DNA from: Entomortierella parvispora E1425
Lineage: Eukaryota > Fungi > Mortierellomycota
Direction: 5' to 3'
DNA length: 64,000 bases
NCBI GenBank assembly: GCA_020891255.1
Contig: BQFW01000008.1
Coordinates: 1,860,001 to 1,924,000, forward strand
In this document: piece after piece, positions 25,354-39,319 of the stretch
Numbering within the stretch: the stretch's first letter is position 1
Layout: each line of letters starts with the position of its first letter
Notes under the pieces: model-generated
What the model was told of the DNA's origin: nothing
The model's database searches: none
The model's input: only the letters and a program-made list of their open reading frames with translations
Program-made: the position numbers and the translations under genes

Positions 25354-26412
25354 ACACGAGAAACACAAGAACAACGAGGTTCCCATGGTCCCACAGCGGA
25401 AGAGAAGGCGCCTCTAGTAGGTATGATACTCGAGTCATAGTGTGCAAAAAAAAAAAAAAAAAAAGGTGCCACCGAAATAATTTTTGCTGAATTTCTTGTC
25501 AATCTGTGCTTACTTTCTCTCAGCAATTGTCCGATATGTTGAGGAGTCTCGAGATTCATATTGCTACACCAGATAGCATGGTCAATCGTTCATCGAGGGA
25601 TGCCAACTAGAAGCGTCTACGGCCCAAGTTGGTCCTACAAGAGACGATATAAAACGTGATACAAAATTATGATATTTTTTTTTGAAAAGACAAGCGCACT
25701 TCATCTTGTTACTGAACACGCAAAAAGGATACAAGGGTATCGATGTCGACATTTAATGATACAGTATTGGTTTATGTAGAGTATCCTTCAAGGAATTGGG
25801 GGTATCGTTGACTCTGGTCCCTCCACGGGCATCAAAAGTTGTGTGAAAACATGCTGTGATCTTCAGCAAAATCGAAATTTTTCGAATTTTCTTCAGTGAC
25901 GGCCCAAAAAAAAAAATCACAAGGCCGCGTCTTGGTGGCCTTCCTCCACGCTGTACGTCAACACCATGCACTTCAAACTTCAGGGTCATTTCCAAAAAGT
26001 ACTTTCTGAACGATAACTATAGAAAAAGTGTGCCTTTGTTTGAGAAAAAATGTAATGAAAGTGAGGAACTGCCAAAAAAAAAATTTAAAAAAAAATGAAA
26101 ATTGTGAGGCATCTTCACAGACTTATTCTTCAGTCATCAGGGGGTTTCTGAAAGCCTGACTACTGCGAGGGTTAGTATGGAGTATTCTGCGTATGATAGT
26201 GGGGTTCGGAATGGATTACAGTGTGTAGTAGCTGTATTATGAAAGGAGTAAGCTATCACACCAATGTCAATGTTGATCAATTTTGGTTTTTTACTTTTCG
26301 ATGGTCGATTGTTGGATGCTTGCCTACCCGTTACATGGGAATTGTGCGTCAAAAAAAATTTGTTCGGGCTCTAATTATTTGTGCGGCATCTTTGATCACC
26401 GCAAGAAAAGGC

Positions 26413-28361
26413 CTACATAACAGAACATTTCTCTTCCTTGCTGCTGCCGCCCCGAGTCCTCTTCCGGTTTCCATCCACAGGCACACCCTCCAATCTCTGG
26501 GTCGCCCGCTTGTCGCCTGCAGCAGCGGCTTTCTTGTACCATTCAATGGCCTCATCCAGATCTTTCTTGGGCCCGATCCCGACCTCAGTGAAATACCCAA
26601 GGGCATACAGAGCCTTTGCCAGGTTCTTGTCCGCAGCCCGTTTCGCCCAGATATAGGCCTCCGCATCAGATTGGGGCAGGACCCCTTCGGATCCGACCAG
26701 ATACCAGGCAGCGAGCGCAAAGCACGCCTCTGGATGCTCCTCCTGGGCTGCCAGGGTATAATAGTGAATGGAGAGCCGTGGATCAGGTTTCACTCCCAGT
26801 TTTCCATATTCCCAGCATTCGCCCAAACGGAAAGCCGAAGGTGCATGACCGAGCTCGGCCGCTTGAGTGTAGAGAGTAATAGAGTACTCTGGATCAACAA
26901 AGACAATGTTCTCAATCCCGCGCTCGTGCAACTGCGCCAGTTCGTATAGCGCAAACGGGAACTCTGGCGTCGCTGCTTGGGCCGATCGCTTCAGCCATTT
27001 CACGCCATCACGAGGGGAGGCTGTGAGGCCAAGTTCGCCATAAAGACTGACTACGCCCAATCTCCACATGGCTCCTGGGTGATTTGCAGAGGATGCTTTC
27101 CTAATCAACCATAGAGAATTGGACATGGATATTAGTGAGGTCCCATTTTTTACAACTTTTTTTTTCTATGTTCTCGCTGCTTGCTTGCTGCCCGCAAAAA
27201 AAGAAAAAAAAAAAAAAGATAAAAACAAGACTAGCAAACCGTGAGACAATTCTCCGCAGAATGCATGGTGAGGACGGAGGTCAAAGCACCATAGCCCCAA
27301 CGCACCAAGACCAAATGAAGGAAGGAAAAAAAGACCACCCCTGAACCGCGCCTCAAAATGCGGTCATGGCTATGCGCTTACTCTCTCACCCAAAAAAAAG
27401 AACCCCTTTCAACACGGGTTGACAAAACATTCATACAAACATACCTGTAAAACTGAACGGCCCTTGCGCTATCCTTGCGCGTACCCAAACCTTCGTCATA
27501 GCAGCGCCCTGTTCTGTAGGCGGCGTCAGGATGACCATGCTTGGAGGCCTGGACCCAGAGTGGGAAGGCCTTGTCAAAATCGGGCTTCCCCCTGGCGAAC
27601 CCTGAAGCAAAACACTCTGCCAAGTAATGTTGTGATTCCGCATGACCGTTCGTCGCCAACTTTCGGAGCAATTTCATGGCTTCGTCAAAGAGTTCTGCTC
27701 GTGTCTTGGGATCCTCTTGGTCCTTGCCGGCGTCAATCATGAATGCCGCAAATTCAAACTGGAGTTCGGGATCATTAGTCTTTTTGGCATTCTGGCGATA
27801 GAGTTCCAGGGTCTGAGTATATGACAACAACGTGGCCTTGTGCCCCGGTCGGAGATGGTCATGCGACAGCACTGGGGGCTGCTGCTGCTGGAGCATCAAC
27901 ATGTATTCTTCCTCTGTCATTCCATCCTCAGGTCCGTATCCTGGACCACCCACCATACCACCACCGCCTGGAGATCCTTCAGGTCCATACCCTTGATGTT
28001 GGTAGTATTGATGTTGCTGTTGCTGTTGCCAGAGCTGAGTTTGATGGTCATAGTCACCTGGCTGCTGCTGAGGGTACTGCTGAGAGTACTGTTGCTGCTG
28101 CTGCGATTGTGGAGATGAGTATTCTGAGGAGGAAGGGTAGTCTGATGACATGGAGATGGGCATCGACAATGGCATCGACTGAAGAGCGCCACTGGAGAGA
28201 TTCGATGAGTCTTGCTGGCTTTGGTAGGAAGGCCCCTGAGGTTGCGTTGCCGCCATCTCGTTGTAAAACTGTTGCTGTTGTTGCTGTTGAAGCTTCAGTG
28301 CAGAGATCGCGCTGCGATCTTGACCATTAGAGGGATGCACTGGGGAAACACTCGCCGCCAT
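26413..28361 (-). CDS. Sel1-repeat chitin synthase activator (Chs4/Skt5-like)
   Basis: YTQTLELYRQNAKKTND, WVQASKHGHPDAAYRTGRCY, GVKWLKRSAQAATPEFPFALYELAQLHE, ACFALAAWYLVGSEGVLPQSDAEAYIWAKRAA; Q-rich N-terminus from MAASVSP at 28361. Confidence 0.88.
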
Positions 28362-29157
28362 GAAGAAAGGACCTGCTGTGGGATGTAGTCGAGAAGAAGA
28401 GGTGGGGAGGAATGAGGAAAGAAGAGGTAGTTGCACTGGAAGGCCATTTATAGAAGAAGTGGACACAAGCATCCCAAGCACAAACATACAAACACACACA
28501 CACGCACACACACACAGAGAGAGATAGAGATAGAGAGAGAACAACAACGTTTCCATCGACTCGAGCAGGTCAACTGGTCCAACGCGATCCTGGTCTAGGC
28601 TTCTTTTTGAACAAGGTTACAGTCACCCAATTGCTCTATTGGGTCCAAATTTCACGTTCTGGTATGTCGTTGGCCCTGTATCCGTAGGAGACAGAGAGGA
28701 ACAGAAAAAGAGGGAGAGGGAGAGTCCAAACACCACCGATGAGTTGCGAATTCAACAATAGAACAAGACTGCCGAGCAGATGTTCAGTAGAGAGGCCTTA
28801 AGAGCCTTCCGAGAGTGCTCGAATGATGGTAACTGTCATGGTGTTGCCTCCTCCCTGAGAGTTGCGCTCTGATTCCTCTGTAAATGCTTGCACAATTGCT
28901 CATCTTGTCTTCCTGTTGCGCGTTCCTGGATATGTTAAGGAAATTCAATTGTTCTTTCATGGACGGATACAGCTTGATCTCCTGTCTCATATTTTTGGGA
29001 ACATTGCATCTATCCTGGATGATTGGTCCTGCTCCTGTTATTCCATTGTCCTTGAAAAATTGATGCCAAGTGCAGAACAGTTCGAATTCCGGATGTGCTG
29101 AAAAGAAAACAAATTGGATTTTAATACATGTTGAAGCGATCGTCAACGGTCTAGGGC

Positions 29158-29624
29158 TTATGCAGATGGGGTGGTGGGAGCGGTGGCTTCCTTGACGGGG
29201 ATGGAGCGGCTAGGGTTGGGCATGCCGGGCCTTGGTTGTGCTGGGATAATATCAGCCTGGAGACGAAGAGAAAGGATGGTTAGGAATGCCAATTTGCCAC
29301 CAAAAGCCACATGAAGAGACGTGGAGGCAGGAACATCATTCATGTCGCTCACGCAACGGAGCAAGCATGGGCGGTGAGTCCTCGGCGTACCTTGGCGAGA
29401 ATGCGAGCGACAGTGTCACTGGGCTTGGCACCGACACTGATCCAGTACTTTGCGCGCTCAAAGTTGAGGCTGATGGCCTTGTTGCCCTCCTTGTCGGGAA
29501 TGGGGTTGAAAGTTCCGAGCTGCTCAATAGGCTTGCGGGTAGGTCTGGATCTGCTCTGAAGGACGACAATGTGGAAGAAAGGAGTGTTCTTGACGCCGTG
29601 GCGGGCGAGTTTGATGGAGAGCAT
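29158..29624 (-). CDS. MRPS16: Mitochondrial ribosomal protein S16 (bS16m)
   Basis: MLSIKLARHGVKNTPFFHIVV...KPIEQLGTFNPIP...LNFERAKYWISVGAKPSDTVARIL; GTACGC donor after 29391; second exon ADIIPAQPRP...*. Confidence 0.92.
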
Positions 29625-29907
29625 GGCGATGTGGAGGGATGTAGACAGACAGAAGGGAAGGACGCTCTCGGGATGGAATGCCTGATCAGCATTGAAGGTT
29701 GCAGGGGAAGAAGAGTGTGTGACTGTTGTTGTTGGGCGCACAAGCCACATGCACCATTGTACCCTTTTCCTCTTTTTTTTTTTCTTTTTTTTTTTGTCTT
29801 TGCCCAGGACTATATCCCCTTTCCTTTCTCTGCCTTTCCTCTCTTCAAGCATCCACCTTGCTGCTTGACCGATCACAACAACTCACCACACTATACACAC
29901 CGCAGAT

Positions 29908-32044
29908 ATGATGGATACAGGACCTTACGAAAACCAGGACGCCATGGTCGAGGATACTGTCATGGACATGGGACATGCCCCTGTGGCCACCAACGCGCCT
30001 GCTGCCCCTGAGCACCCTGCTCACACTCCTCATGCTGAGCAAGGTGCCAACATCCCTGCCTCAACTTTTTCAGCCAGCGGTGGAATGGATGTTGACAGTC
30101 ATATGGAGGCTGTGCCTGCAGTCCATACTATCGGTTCAGAGCAAGCGCATGCGGCCTCTTCATCAGCACAGCAGACTCTTGAGCACGCTACCGCAGACGG
30201 GGACTCGCCCATGGACAACTCTGATATCGCCATGGCTGCTGCGGCTGTCGTTGGACCAGCTACTACTTCCAAAACAGAGGATATTTTGGACGCGGTCATC
30301 GCCGGCGCTGCAACCAACGTGGACGGCTACGAATCAAGTGACTTGGAGTCCAGCGACGACGATGACGACGAACCGTATGTCTACAACTCTCATGTGCACT
30401 GGGAACAGAGATCAATGGATAGCTGATAAAGATGGCACTCACTAAGATAACTATTGGTTTTTTATAGTGAATCTTCTGACTCGGATTCCGATTCCGACTC
30501 GGACATGGATGCGATGCCGCATAAGAAACTGACCCGGGAGGAGCGCGAGAAGGCCTTGATTGCTTTTGACGCCATGAACGAGGACGAGGAACCTACACCT
30601 TCAACGATTTTGCACACCGCCAATGAGATCCTCCAGCTTCCAGAAGTGAAGAGACCCGATATTGTTCTTGGACCAGAGGCAAAGTTGGAGTTGATGGGCA
30701 CAGTCATGTCTATTGTCGACAATGTGGTCGTTGTACAGGCTGCTCAGAGTGGAGAGGTCCGTGTTTTGGATTCAGGAACCATCGCTGCTATTCATGGCCC
30801 ACAGAACGAAGAGGGTATCCAAACGAGCGAGGTGCTTGGAGAGGTAAGCCTTGTTTGCATGGTGATGACAGAGCAGCCGTTCCTTCGTGCCTTATAAGCC
30901 TTCTCCATTTCTAACCCTTGTGATCTGTTAACAATTTCTACAATTTCTATAGATTTTCGAAACATTTGGACCCGTTGCTCGACCACTGTATTCTATTCGT
31001 TTTAACACTGCGGCAGAAATCCCAGAGTCTTGTAGGATGGGAACAGCCGTATACGCGGTACCGGAGCATAGTTCAGTAGTGATGACAGGACCCCTCAAAG
31101 CACTGAAGGGAAGCGATGCCAGCAACAAGTTTGACGAGGAGGTGGACGATGTCGAGTTGGAGTTTTCGGATGATGAAAAGGAGATGATGCACAAAAAGAT
31201 GCTCAAGATGGCAAAGAACAAGAACAAAGGAAAGAAGGGTCGCAAGGTGCCTGGCATGGCCGCGGACACCACAGCTGCTCTTCAGGCCATGAACGGAGAA
31301 GCTCCCACACTCGCCTTTACGCCTCGTCAGCCTATCGCTCTGCCCGCCCGACCAAAATTTGATGAACCTGAAGACGGATATCGCATCTTGCAACGTCCAG
31401 GTGTAGCAGCCAGAGGCTCTAACGTGCCATCGTCATCTGCTGTCACCGGAACGTTGCCCTGGTACCAACAGCAACAACGTGAGCTGCAGACGATGATGGG
31501 AGGAACCCAACAACAACAACAATCACAGCATCAGCAACATCAACATGCAAACCAACATCAACCACCTCAGCACATTCAAGAACTTCAGCAACAACAACAA
31601 CAGCATCAACAGCTCTTGCAACAGCAGCGCCTGCAACACCAGCAGATTCAAGCTCAACAGGCACAGCAGCAAGCCCTCTATCAACAGCAGATTCAAAAGG
31701 CTCAAGAGACCATTCAAAGGTTGCAGCAGCAACAGCAGCAACTCCAGCAACAGCAGCATCAGTTCCATACCTCCCAGCAAATGACTGCTGCCCCCGCCGC
31801 TGCCACTTCCACACCTCCTTCGCAGGCCTTTAGCTTTACTTCTGAACAACAAATGCCCACAGCACCAGCCATGCATCCAGCCTACAATCCTATGCAGGCT
31901 CAATACCAACCGCAGACTGGCTTTCATCCTCAACAACAACAACAACAACAACAACAATCACCACAGGCCAATCCACAGCAGATCATGAATATGCTCTCGC
32001 CACTGTTCCCACAACAGCAACAGCAGAACCAGCATCCTCAATAA
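29908..32044 (+). CDS. NAF1: H/ACA RNP assembly factor Naf1
   Basis: Gar1/Naf1 domain (MGTVMSIVDNVVVV, VLDSGT, IFETFGPVARPLYSIRF), KGSDASNKFDEEVDDVELEFSDDEKE, P/Q-rich C-terminus. Confidence 0.9.
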
Positions 32045-32108
32045 AAGTTGTCGAAGTGTTACTGTACATTTTTTTCTAGATTTGTATTTTTTATTGACCT
32101 GATACTGT

Positions 32109-33269
32109 CTAATCATCCAAAGCGGCCGAGGCAGTGGCAGTAAAGGCTGCCGTTGTTGCCTGAAGCATGGACGCCACATTTGTTGTCCTGCATACGCCTC
32201 TGCCTCTACCATTTCCTCCGCCATGCCCCCTTCGTCGTCCTGCTCTATTAACTCTGCCTCTGCCCCTCCCTTTGCCTCGTCCAACACGCTCCTCCTATTT
32301 TCAGAATAAAAAACAAAATAAAATAAATAAGATACAAGCGTTCAAGTTTCTCGGAATTAAAGTCATTTTTTTCATGACAACATACTTCAAGCTCGGCCTC
32401 AGTGCCCTCCCTGGCTCGATACCGGTATGGATTTGGCAGATTTGTTTTGGATAAATGTGGTGGCGGAAGAATTTGAATCGTCGATACGTCCTCGACTGGA
32501 TTCCTGTGATCAACTTTGAGTGCAATGAGACTCTCGTCTAATGTCATCATATCATAAACGTATTAATACTCTTTGCTTTTCATTCACCCTTTTTTTCCCT
32601 CCAGTGCTATTCAGCAAGAACTCCAAAAAGAGTGGGCTTACAATTCATGTTAAGGAGGTCGGATTTGATCTTGTAGACTTCGTCCTTTGGATCAACCAGT
32701 ACTTGGTAATCTGCAAGTCCATAGAATCGAGTCGTCTTTGAGATCGCGCCAACCATTTCATAGCTAATCTCCGGTTGTTCGTTTTCATCATAAGGCACAT
32801 CATCCTCTGTAGGCGCACGAATAGTCTGAATCGAGCCCTCAGAGTCTGGTCTTCGTTTGACCCGGTATCGTCGCGTGACTTTTACTAGAAGATTGGAAGT
32901 TGGAAGGGTTGTTCCATGGAGCGGAATCGCGAAAGGGTCGTTGAGTCGATATCGCATATCCAGAGGTGAGCCTCCGAGGTAAGCCTGCTTGATAATAAAG
33001 CGGGGTAGTAAGAATAGGCAGAATGCAATACGGGTAAGCAAACAGAAGCATCAGAAAAAGGGGATGCAGGGGCGTCGAATAGCAATGGGGATCAAGGGAG
33101 GGGATGCACGACTTGCATTAAGAATGGCATTGTCACCTCCAAGACATTGCTTGGCCTTCTCTGAGTTCTGGATGTGGCCGGGGAATTCGACAGAGAAGAT
33201 CTTTTTAATGTCTTCAGGAAGTTCTAGCACGGGAGCCCTGTCTTCGGGGGCGACGGACCGTCTGGCCAT
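32109..33269 (-). CDS. TFIIIC Tau95/Tfc1 N-terminal-domain protein (~277 aa), apparently lacking the DNA-binding half, with an RG-rich tail
   Basis: Exons 33269-33117, 32984-32642, 32537-32386, 32294-32109; SVEFPGHIQNSEKAKQCLGG, LDMRYRLNDPFAIPL, NLLVKV, GAISKTTRFYGLADYQ, LPPPHLS...PYRYR. Confidence 0.75.
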
Positions 33270-33509
33270 GGCAAGCAAAGGAAAGAGAAGAAAGAAAGGA
33301 ACGCAAAGAAAGGGAAAGAGGAAAAGAGGCCAAGAGAAGCAAGCACAAGCACAAGCACGCGGTGCACGAAGAGTCTTTTTGCCTCGCACAAACAAAGGCG
33401 AGGGACCGCTCTTTGCCACCAATTTCGCGTCGAAATGTTTATCTTTCCCCTCTTTGCTCGCTCTTGCTCTTTTGCCTCCATCTCCATCAAACTCAACACC
33501 CCCATCAAC

Positions 33510-36500
33510 ATGGTCAAGCCTCAGTTGGTCGAGCTTAACTTCCGTCAGAAGCTCACCGGAAGCGCCGCAGAGTTGCTGAGGAAGCTCAAGGTAGCCACAT
33601 TGCTTACTGTGTACTCGGCCCTGTGTTGCGAATCTAGTCCAAATGCCAGTTCCAGTACTGACAACGAATGCCCTTTTCCGCTTTTTTTTTTTTTTTTTTG
33701 GTGGTGCTTTTATACTCATTTCCGGGTCACAGGAACTTCAAGGAGAACTTAAGAGTCTGGAACAAGAAGGCGTTGATACCTCTTCCATAACTCCCATTGC
33801 GAAACAGCTCATCGACTCCACCGTTGTGAATCACAAAGACCGTGGGGTCAGAATTTACGCCGCTTGCTGTATCGCCGACATACTTCGTCTGTATGCACCA
33901 GAAGCGCCATACACCGAAAAAAACCTCAAAGTATGGATGCAAGGACATTGCTTGTGTTTGCCTTGACAACTGTGCATTGCTTTAACACCATTGCTCCCTT
34001 TCTCTATTTAGATCATCTTCAAGTTTTTCACGATCGAGTTGGCACACATCTCGGATCCCAAAGGAACTTACTTCAGCATGTACTACTACCTCCTGGAGAG
34101 TCTCTCGGCTGTTAGGAGCATTGCATTGATCACATATCTCAAAAATGCGGATGAAATCATGATCGACCTCGTTAAAAGCATGTTTGATGCTGTCCGGTAA
34201 GTTTGAATGGATTTGCCACCAAAACCTGCGGTTCGCCTTCAAGGAGGTCCAGGTCAACTAACACTGTTCAACATTTAGTCCCGAGCAAGAGAAAAATGTT
34301 CAAATATGCATCTCGGAGCTGCTGCGTTGTATCGTGGAGGAAGCTGAAGCTTTGCCTCAAGATATCGTCGATACCATTCTCGCACAATTTCTTCACAGGG
34401 AAAAGGTAAAAGAATTGTACCTATGACGATGCTGTCAGAATTGAGTCTCGGCGAACTAACTTTGATGCTTTGCTGATGGACTCCACAGTTTAGCAACCCA
34501 GCGGCTTACAGGTTGGCATGCGATTTGGGTACACAGTGCACGGAAAAACTCCAGCGTTACGTCTGTCAGGTATTGATGAAACTTCTTTGTGATTTACCAC
34601 GGATCAGTTGTGCATAGATCAAAAAACAACAAGTTTTGACATTATCTCTGGTCTTTGTAGTATTTCTCCGATATTCTCTCTACAGCTGACGGCCGAGAAT
34701 TCAAACGGAAGGAATTGGAAGACTTCCGGACAGTGCACAAATTGGTGGTAGAAATTAACAGTGCATCTCCTGCACTTCTCTTGAATGTCATCCCTCAGCT
34801 TGAAGAAGAGCTAAAGGTATGTATGACTGTTTAACTGGATGCCAGTCTTTTCTTGAGATTGCGGCTGCTGACTTTCTTCGAGTCTTTAGTTGGCAGATGT
34901 GACAATTCGTTCTCTTGCGACACAATCGCTTGGAATCATGTTTGCGGAGAAATCGTCTCAGCTTCCCACCCAGTACGAATCCACATGGAAGGCCTGGTTG
35001 CAAAGGTACGAAGACATGTAGCTCGTGGATTCTTTCATGCGATAGAACGAATTGATACAATTTACTGAACCACCGCTGCACTTACATAGGCGTAATGACA
35101 AAGTACCCCAAGTTCGACTCATTTGGGTGGAATCTCTTGTCGATTTAATCAAAACACATGGGACCCTTGCAAAGGAATTGCGTGGTAAGAATCTGGATAA
35201 TGCAATGAGTAGAGCAATGTACCACAAATGTCCAAGTTCTGACGTTCATACATTGTTGGGATTGCCTGTAGAGGGGCTCGAGCAAAAAATCGTCGACCCT
35301 GATGAAAGGATTCGAGCTGCAACTTGTAAGGTCATTGGCGAGTTCGACTACGAAACGAGCTTACATCACATACAGAAGAGCACGCTCACTCAAGTGGGGC
35401 ATCGCTGCAGAGACAAGAAGGTAGGGCATTCCCGCTTTTAGATAACTTGGTTTTAACTTGCATCGCATACTTACAAAATACTTTCGTTTTTAGAAATCCG
35501 TCTCGAAGGAGGCGATTAATGCTCTGTCTGTCCTCTACAGTCAAGCATACCCAGAGATGTTAGTGATGATCCTTGATACATATGGCAGCACTACTAGAAC
35601 TACGATGTGTATTGAACTGACAATTGATTCTGTGACGTGTCATAGTGAAAACGGAACGCAAGCGAGCATCTCTCAATTTGGCTGGATGCCTTCGGCAATT
35701 CTTCACGCTGTATATGTCAACGACGTTGAGGTTTTGTAAGTACATGGCTATTGTGTGTGTTGTTTAATACTATCTCTCGCTTGTTTGATTGACTGATAAC
35801 TTTGCCTCGTAATGTAGCACATATGTCGACAGCGCCGTCTTCTCAACTCTTTTTCCGCCACATGGCAGCGCCACATCCAGAACACGTCGGTTGGTGACAG
35901 CGTTTGCCGCGTTGGATGATAAAGGTCGCACAGGGCTCTTGTCTGTGCTAAAGAGAAGTATCGAGTATGGCGATTGAAATCAAAGCATGGCTCTAGATTG
36001 TTTTCCTCATTGACTTTAGATTCTTAACTTTTAATCTTTTCACTCTACTGTTAATGTGTTTAGAACCAGATCGGCAATGGCAGTGTTTTTACGACTTTTG
36101 CAACAACAACAAGAGGTATTTATTTTTGTCTGTGCATGGAAGAATGGCCACTGTTTCTTGGGCTGCCACTTACAGTGATACCTGTTCGAAAATAGTCCAT
36201 TTCGAGTAATCCCGAAGGTGCGGAAGAAATTGATAACAAGATCGGATCTATCATCAAGATCATCTCAGGTATGGACTCACTCTCTTGATTTACTGTAACT
36301 ATTGTCTTGCTGTATACTAGACACTTGTATGTTTTTTTACTTTTCACAGATCGACTTCCAGAACCGGCCAAGTGCTCACTGCTTTTGCACAAATATGTCA
36401 AATTCCATGATGAGCAACTCTTCAAGTCCATCTCTGACTGCATGGATTCCAGTCTTTCAGTCAAGGAGATTCGCAAAGCAGGCGTAAATGATAGTTCATC

Positions 36501-38157
36501 AATTGAACGTTGAAGTAAACATAGCAAGCTCATATCACTAACAGTTGCCTTTTTAACTTGATAGAAGGACACCCTTTCACGGATAGAAAGCATCGCCCCT
36601 CCCGCTCTAGAAGTGTTTACAATTCTCATTCAAAGGATCAGTCTGACGATTGCCAACTCAGAGATTCTCTCAGAGCTGATTAATAATGTCGCGGACAGTG
36701 AGGAGTATCGTGGAGTCTCTGGCGAGCTTCTACGAGTCATATCTACCGTTATTCCGGATATATTTAAGACCAATCTCGTCCGAATTACATCTCTGTTGCA
36801 TGACAAAGAGTTTGCTGGAGGTAATCAGAGTCGCCGACCTTTACCTCATATTCTGTTCAATGTTGTATGCGTGGCAGGCTATTAATTCAAAAAAACCAAC
36901 TTTGCCCCATGTATGTAGCCTCCGACTCTTTGCATACCCTCGCTGAATTTGCCAAGCAGTTTCCAAACTCTGTGCCCGCAGATGCCAAAGCTAAAAGCAC
37001 GCTACAGTCGTTTCTGGAGAGAGGGTCCGTTGTGCAGGCCAGTCACGCTACCATTGTCCTGGCTAGCATTCCAGACAACGAAAAGATGTGCATGGCAATC
37101 GTACAAGCTATCAGTGATCGACTTGATGTGACCTCTGAAAGGCTTTTGATCGATTTGACCATTCTTTCAAAGATGGCTCAGTATTGTCCTCAGGCATTTG
37201 AAGCTTGCAGCAGCGAAGTTGTGTCCTTCATCATCAAGAAGCTGATCACCACCAACATCTCATCGCAAAAGGTATTTATTTGGAATTCAGCCCATAGATA
37301 CTTCGAAGAGCCTGCCCATCATGAAGTGAAGAGCAACCCCTTATATTCTTGTATGTTGCCTTAAATAGGACATGTACCCACCAGAATATGACTGGGTTGA
37401 GAAGAATGACTTGGATCAATATACATTGTCAAAGGTAACCGTGGATCCCTTGCAGACTAGCCTGACGACGCTACAGCACGTACTGACCGCTCTGTCGACC
37501 CTCTTTGTAGATCATGGGCCTCAAGGTCCTAGTGAACAGAGCCATCGCCCTATTGTCAAGAAATCCAGAACTTGCTCAAGAAGCAGCACGACCAGTGTTC
37601 AAGTTGCTGTGGACGATTATCACCCACAAAGGCGAAGTCGCTCAGGAACAGAACACAAAGTACAGTTCATTATACGATTGAATGGAGCTTGCTCATGAAA
37701 TTAAACCTAACAGGTGATCCCCTGCTCTCCTTGTCCTTACCTAGCGCTGTCCTCAAAGGCTATCTGCGACTGAATGCGGCTCGTTTTATTCTGAAGCTGA
37801 CTCGAGATCGGCCCGAGTATGAAAAGATGGTGTCTGTCCATGAGTATGTCCAATTGGCGCTCTGCAGCCAGGATCCAATCTATAGAGTTCGCCAGGGGAT
37901 AACTAGCCGTATCATGAAGTATATTCACGCCAAGGGTCTCCATGTCCGATATTTGGCAGTACTGATCTTGGCAGCTCATGAACCAGAGCTGGAAGGAAGA
38001 ACTGAAATTCGCAGGTTCCTGACCAACTTGTCCCGGAGTCAGGAGATTGGTACGTTTGTTTGAGGCTTCACTGATATCGTGGTATGCTGAAAATGGTTTC
38101 CTATGTCAAATCCCTACTGACTTTTATATTTTCCTAACAAACAAACAAACAAACAAA

Positions 38158-38190
<33 letters not shown>

Positions 38191-39319
38191 CCGACAACAA
38201 GTTGATGATGAACGAGTTGACGATTGCCAGAGTACTTCATCTTCTGGCGAATCACCCTGATTTTGCTCCGAGAGGCGCCAGAGATGACAATGTATTTTCA
38301 GACGATACAGATGATCACACACTGGATGATATCAATTTGGCTACGAGGTAATCTTGAATACAGTGGACCAGGATAGGGTGTGAGAGCTATGGTATCTAAC
38401 CGCCAACACAACCTATGACCTGATAGATACATTGAGTACTATTTGGAAGCTATGGCAAATGCCGAGAACGTGTCATTAATATTTTACATCGTGTCAATGC
38501 TAAAGACGGTTAAGTTTGCTAGCCCCAATGAGCGCACCAGGGTATATTGATGAGGATGCTTCAGTTGACTGCCTATTTTTGTTTTCTCTCTCAATGATAT
38601 TAACTGTGATCCTTGTCCGACTTAGAACCTGTATATTCTAAGTGACCTTGCTCAATACCTTATCCAGGAGAAATGTCGACCCCACAACTGGATTCTCGCT
38701 AGCTACCCTGGCCAAGTCAGGCTACCTCGTGAATTGTTCACACCTCTTGGCCAAAGCGAGACCTCTGTGGAGGTACAAATAATACTTGTTGTTGATGGAC
38801 AGGATCGACCATGCACCAGAGCCTAACTGTATTTTTTGTACATAGATCTCCAAGAAAAACTATCTTTCGCAGGAATGGGTCCGAGCAAGAGAGCACAAAA
38901 CAGAGAGACGACCCAAGCAACTGGCCGCACCTGCACCATTGGAGAAGAAGATGGGCCAGGCTTCAAAGCGCCGGTCTCGATCCCCTTCCTCCTCTGGAGA
39001 AGGCCATGAGGATGGGCAAGTCGACTCTGATGGTGAGCAGAGTGATAGCGCTGGTAGAGGGCGGGGCAACAAGGGCGTTAAGCGATCGAAGAAGGCCAAG
39101 ACAACTGAGCGCCCTCCAGTGGAACCTACACGAAGGTATGGAACGCCTACTCAATCCTGCTTGACAAATGCAATGTGAAGGAAGATATACGCTTTTACTG
39201 ATTTATTCAAACATCACTCTGCTTGTGTTCACCTCACCAGAATGGCGTCCAGGGCTGCGAAGGCAAAGACGGTGTACGCAGAGACCAATGTGGGAGAGAG
39301 TGGGGAAGATAGCTCCTGA
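33510..39319 (+). CDS. PDS5: Cohesin-associated HEAT-repeat protein Pds5, many exons
   Basis: HKDRGVRIYAACCIADILRLYAPEAPYT, YYLLESLSAVRSI, LLLNVIPQLEEELK, DPDERIRAATCKVIG, YLRLNAARFILKL, QDPIYRVRQG; last exon ...VGESGEDSS* at 39319; exon borders partly uncertain. Confidence 0.92.

Noticed and set aside
25157-25559. Poly-Arg/poly-Pro/poly-Leu/poly-Ser ORFs (also 51126-51416, 51195-51413)
   Set aside because: Artefacts of reading the stop-free (GGA)n/(TCC)n tract in several frames
25690-26140. AT-rich stretch with A/T tracts next to copy 1 as a MITE (similar texture at 50820-51010)
   Set aside because: No terminal inverted repeats or convincing similarity between the two regions found by eye
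28784-29146. 120-aa minus-strand ORF between MRPS16 and the Chs4-like gene
   Set aside because: No recognisable domain, no ATG/exon context resolved; may be UTR or promoter
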